Of a DNA stretch of 18,123 bases, positions 15,305 to 18,123 are shown piece after piece. Source of the DNA: Deferrisomatales bacterium (GTDB lineage Bacteria; Desulfobacterota; Deferrisomatia; Deferrisomatales; JACRMM01). The notes below the pieces were generated by a model. The model was given only the letters and a program-made list of their open reading frames with translations, searched no databases and was not told the origin of the DNA. Positions within the stretch are counted from its first letter, which is position 1; every line of letters begins with the position of its first letter. Position numbers and translations under genes: made by a program. The DNA lies in the NCBI GenBank assembly GCA_033551855.1, contig JAWSUI010000066.1:1-18123 (forward strand), read 5' to 3'.

Positions 15305-15731
15305 GCTTGCGGCCCTGTGGCTCCACAAGGCACAGAACGACCTGGTCACGGGAGAGCAGACGCTGCTCCTGCCCGACGGTCCAACGGACACGGTCTGCTT
15401 TCACGCGCAACAGGCCGCGGAGAAGGCCCTCAAGGCACTCCTCACGGCGCATGAGTCCACTGCCCCTAGAGGCCACGACCTCTTGAGATTGTTGGACCTC
15501 GCGACAGAACACCTTCCCGAGCTCGCAGGCTTTCGTGCGCCGCTGGCCCAGATGACGGCGTACGCGGTCGAGGTCCGGTACCCCGGCGACTGGATCGAGC
15601 CGTCACGGGAAGAGGCCGCCGCGGCCCTGGGCGACGCCCGAGAGGTGGTCCGTGCGGTGCGGGAGGGGCTCGGGCTCCTTGGGCCTCCCGGAACAACGCC
15701 GGCTCCACCCGCACCACGCTCCGGGCGGTGA
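15285..15731 (+). CDS. HEPN domain protein, partner of the MNT
   Basis: WLHKAQNDL, VCFHAQQAAEKALKALL, PRGHDL, YAVEVRYPG. 20-nt overlap with the MNT gene. Confidence 0.9.
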   Translation: MSAPGTELAALWLHKAQNDLVTGEQTLLLPDGPTDTVCFHAQQAAEKALKALLTAHESTAPRGHDLLRLLDLATEHLPELAGFRAPLAQMTAYAVEVRYPGDWIEPSREEAAAALGDAREVVRAVREGLGLLGPPGTTPAPPAPRSGR

Positions 15732-15858
15732 AACACACGGGGACCGGAGCGGGACCGACCCTCGACTCCACGGGAATCGCAACCTCCGACTTCCCCTCCT
15801 CGAGACGGCCGGAACCTGCCGGCCCCGCACCGAGCGAGGGTTCATCCCGCGACCGGCT

Positions 15859-15935
15859 CCCTGACCCCTGACCCCTGACCCCTGACCCCTGATCCCTGAT
15901 CCCTGATCCCTGATCCCCAGCCCCTGACCCCCGAA
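15859..15935 (+). repeat. Heptamer tandem repeat (11 units)
   Basis: CCCTGAC x4, CCCTGAT x4, CCCCAGC, CCCTGAC, CCCCGAA, ending about 10 nt before the RBS of the aminopeptidase gene. Confidence 0.95.
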
Positions 15936-15955
15936 CCCCGCCCCTGGAGGACCCC

Positions 15956-17956
15956 GTGACCCGAGTTGCCCCCGATCCCTACCGCCTGCCCAGGTCGGCC
16001 GTGCCGACCCACTACGACCTCACCCTCGAGCCGGACCTGGATGGGGGCTCCTTTTCCGGGCAGGCCGCGATCCGGCTGGAGGTCCGGGAACCCCTCGACG
16101 CGCTCGTCCTCAACGCCAAGGAGCTCGAGCTCCGCGAGGCCCGCCTCGACGGGGAGGCCATGACCGAAGTGTCCCTCGACCCCGAGCGGGAGCGCGCGAC
16201 CTTTGCCGCCCCCGGGCGCCTGGATCCCGGGGAGCACACCCTGGAGGTCGCCTTCCGGGGGGCGCTCAACGAGAAGCTCGCGGGCTTCTACCGCTCCACC
16301 TTCACGGACGAGGCGGGCCGCCGGCACGCAATCGCGACCACCCAGCTCCAGAGCACCGACGCCCGCCGGGCCTTCCCCTGCTTCGACGAGCCGGCGTTCA
16401 AGGCCACCTTCTCCGTGACCCTCGTGGTGCCCGAGCACCTCGCCGCCGTGTCCAACGCCCCGGTCCTGGCCGAGGAGCCCGCCGGGCCGGGCCGCAAGCG
16501 GGTGCGCTTCGCCCGCACCATGTCCATGTCCACCTACCTGGTCGCCTTCGTGGTCGGCCCCTTCGAGGCCACCGAGGCGATGGACGTGGACGGCGTGCCC
16601 CTGCGCATCGTGCACACCCCCGGCAAGGGGCGCCTGGCCCGCTACGCCCTGGAGGCCGGCGCCCACGCGCTTCGCTTCCTCACGGGCTACTACGGCATCC
16701 CGTACCCCGGGGAGAAGCTCGACATGGTGGCCATCCCCGACTTCGCCTTCGGGGCGATGGAGAACCTGGGGTGCATCACCTACCGGGAGGTGCTCCTCCT
16801 GGTGGACGAGGAGCGCGCCACCCAGGCCGAGCTCCTGCGGGTGGCCGACGTGATCAGCCACGAGATCGCCCACATGTGGTTCGGCGACCTCGTGACCATG
16901 CGGTGGTGGAACGGCATCTGGCTCAACGAGGCCTTCGCCACCTTCATGGCCACGGCCTGCACCGACGCCTTCCGCCCCGAGTGGGGCCGCTGGGACCAGT
17001 TCAGCCGGGAGCGCTCGGCGGCCTTCGACGTGGACTCACTGGCGAGCACGCGGCCCATCGAGCGGTACGTCCTCGCAGACGACGCCTGGGCGGCGGTCCT
17101 CGCCGGCGCCGCGACCGCTCCGGAGTTCCTCTCCTTCGCCGGGCGGTTCGTTCCGGAGACGGATCTGGACGTGTGGGCCGTGCTGGCGGGAAGCCTCGCG
17201 AACCTCGAGCGCCTCCTCGACGGGGAAGCCCTTGCCCGTTATCGGAAGCGGGCCGGGTCCCTCCTGCGGCCGGCCCTGGAACGCCTGGGGTGGGAGCCCC
17301 GGCCGGGCGATCCCCCCCGTAGCCGGGAGCTTCGGGCCCTCCTGTGGCGGGCGCTGGCGGTGACCGTCGCCGACCCCGAGGCCCTGGAGCGGGACCGACA
17401 CCTCCACGAGGCCTACCTCGCCGACCCCGCTTCGGTGGAGCCCAACCTGGCCGCGGCGGCCGCCGCCGCGGTGGCGAGCCACGGTACACCCGAGGACTAC
17501 GAGGTCTTCCTCGCCCGGTTCCGCCGCCCCGCCGACCCCCAGGAGGAGCGCCGCTACCGGTCCCTCCTCGCGGCGTTCCCGGGCCCGGAGGAGATGGACC
17601 GCACCCTGGCCATGACCCTGGACGGGACGTTGCGCACCCAGGACGCCCCCTACCTCCTGGCCGAGTGCCTGGTCAACCGCCGCCAGGGGGAGCGGGCGTG
17701 GGATTTCGTGGCCTCCAACTGGGATCGGATGCTCCGGGAGTACCCGGACAACGCCATCGTGCGGATGGCGGGGGGCGTGCGCGCCCTCTCCCGCCCCCAG
17801 ACGGCACAGCGGGTCTTCGGCTTCTTCGCCACCCACCCCGTGCCCAAGGGCCGGCGCACCATGGACCAGAACCTGGAAAAGCTCCGGGTCAACGTGGCCC
17901 TGCGGGAGCGGGAGGCGGGCCCCTTGGCCGCCTGGCTGGCCGGCCTCGCCGGCTGA
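15956..17956 (+). CDS. M1-family zinc aminopeptidase (aminopeptidase N / puromycin-sensitive type) with a probable internal in-frame deletion
   Basis: YRLPRSAVPTHYDL, ARRAFPCFDEPAFKATF, GAMEN (16751-16765), HEIAH-x18-E (16859-16930), and an ERAP1-C-like C-terminal region. Only 666 aa, with no YxKG catalytic-Tyr segment. GGAGG RBS before the GTG. Confidence 0.9.
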   Translation: MTRVAPDPYRLPRSAVPTHYDLTLEPDLDGGSFSGQAAIRLEVREPLDALVLNAKELELREARLDGEAMTEVSLDPERERATFAAPGRLDPGEHTLEVAFRGALNEKLAGFYRSTFTDEAGRRHAIATTQLQSTDARRAFPCFDEPAFKATFSVTLVVPEHLAAVSNAPVLAEEPAGPGRKRVRFARTMSMSTYLVAFVVGPFEATEAMDVDGVPLRIVHTPGKGRLARYALEAGAHALRFLTGYYGIPYPGEKLDMVAIPDFAFGAMENLGCITYREVLLLVDEERATQAELLRVADVISHEIAHMWFGDLVTMRWWNGIWLNEAFATFMATACTDAFRPEWGRWDQFSRERSAAFDVDSLASTRPIERYVLADDAWAAVLAGAATAPEFLSFAGRFVPETDLDVWAVLAGSLANLERLLDGEALARYRKRAGSLLRPALERLGWEPRPGDPPRSRELRALLWRALAVTVADPEALERDRHLHEAYLADPASVEPNLAAAAAAAVASHGTPEDYEVFLARFRRPADPQEERRYRSLLAAFPGPEEMDRTLAMTLDGTLRTQDAPYLLAECLVNRRQGERAWDFVASNWDRMLREYPDNAIVRMAGGVRALSRPQTAQRVFGFFATHPVPKGRRTMDQNLEKLRVNVALREREAGPLAAWLAGLAG

Positions 17957-18123
17957 GCCCCGCCCTCCGCGCGGCCCGGGAGGGATGCGCGAGACGCGAT
18001 CCCCCCCTTCGAAGGCGAACCCCCGTGCCGCCGGGCGGGCGGACTCACCCGGCCGTTTCCCCGCCCGCTGCCTACTTCGCCGGCCCCCAGTCGACGAGGG
18101 GGCGGGTGGAGGCCACGTCGAAG

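Noticed and set aside
15859..15935. CRISPR array
   Set aside because: 7-bp contiguous units with no spacers and no cas genes.
17957..18123. Terminator after the aminopeptidase gene (CCCTCC...GGAGGG)
   Set aside because: Short stem, large loop and no U-tract. Not distinguishable from chance at this GC content.

Overview
Very GC-rich bacterial DNA. The multiheme cytochrome c and the fragmented Mrp operon suggest an anaerobic deltaproteobacterial-type organism (inference). From left to right the window holds: a two-TM membrane protein (-); a HEAT-repeat protein and a 12-heme cytochrome c with a strong terminator (+); a wrbA plus flavin-binding (PNPOx-like) pair (-), divergent from a small membrane zinc-ribbon gene, with a perfect 33-bp palindrome between them; an 11-gene, translationally coupled Mrp-type cation/H+ antiporter operon (E-F-G-DUF4040-MbhE-like-B-C-D-D-small-D) that ends in a coupled metallo-beta-lactamase-fold gene; a ~1.2-kb patch of gene remnants (13650-14900) around a 169-bp non-autonomous element with 24-bp GGGGTCAGGTCT inverted ends; an MNT-HEPN toxin-antitoxin-like pair; a heptamer tandem repeat; and an M1 aminopeptidase that appears to carry an in-frame internal deletion removing its catalytic Tyr region. 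I saw no rRNA, tRNA or CRISPR array. Family assignments come from motif recognition by eye, not from database searches.
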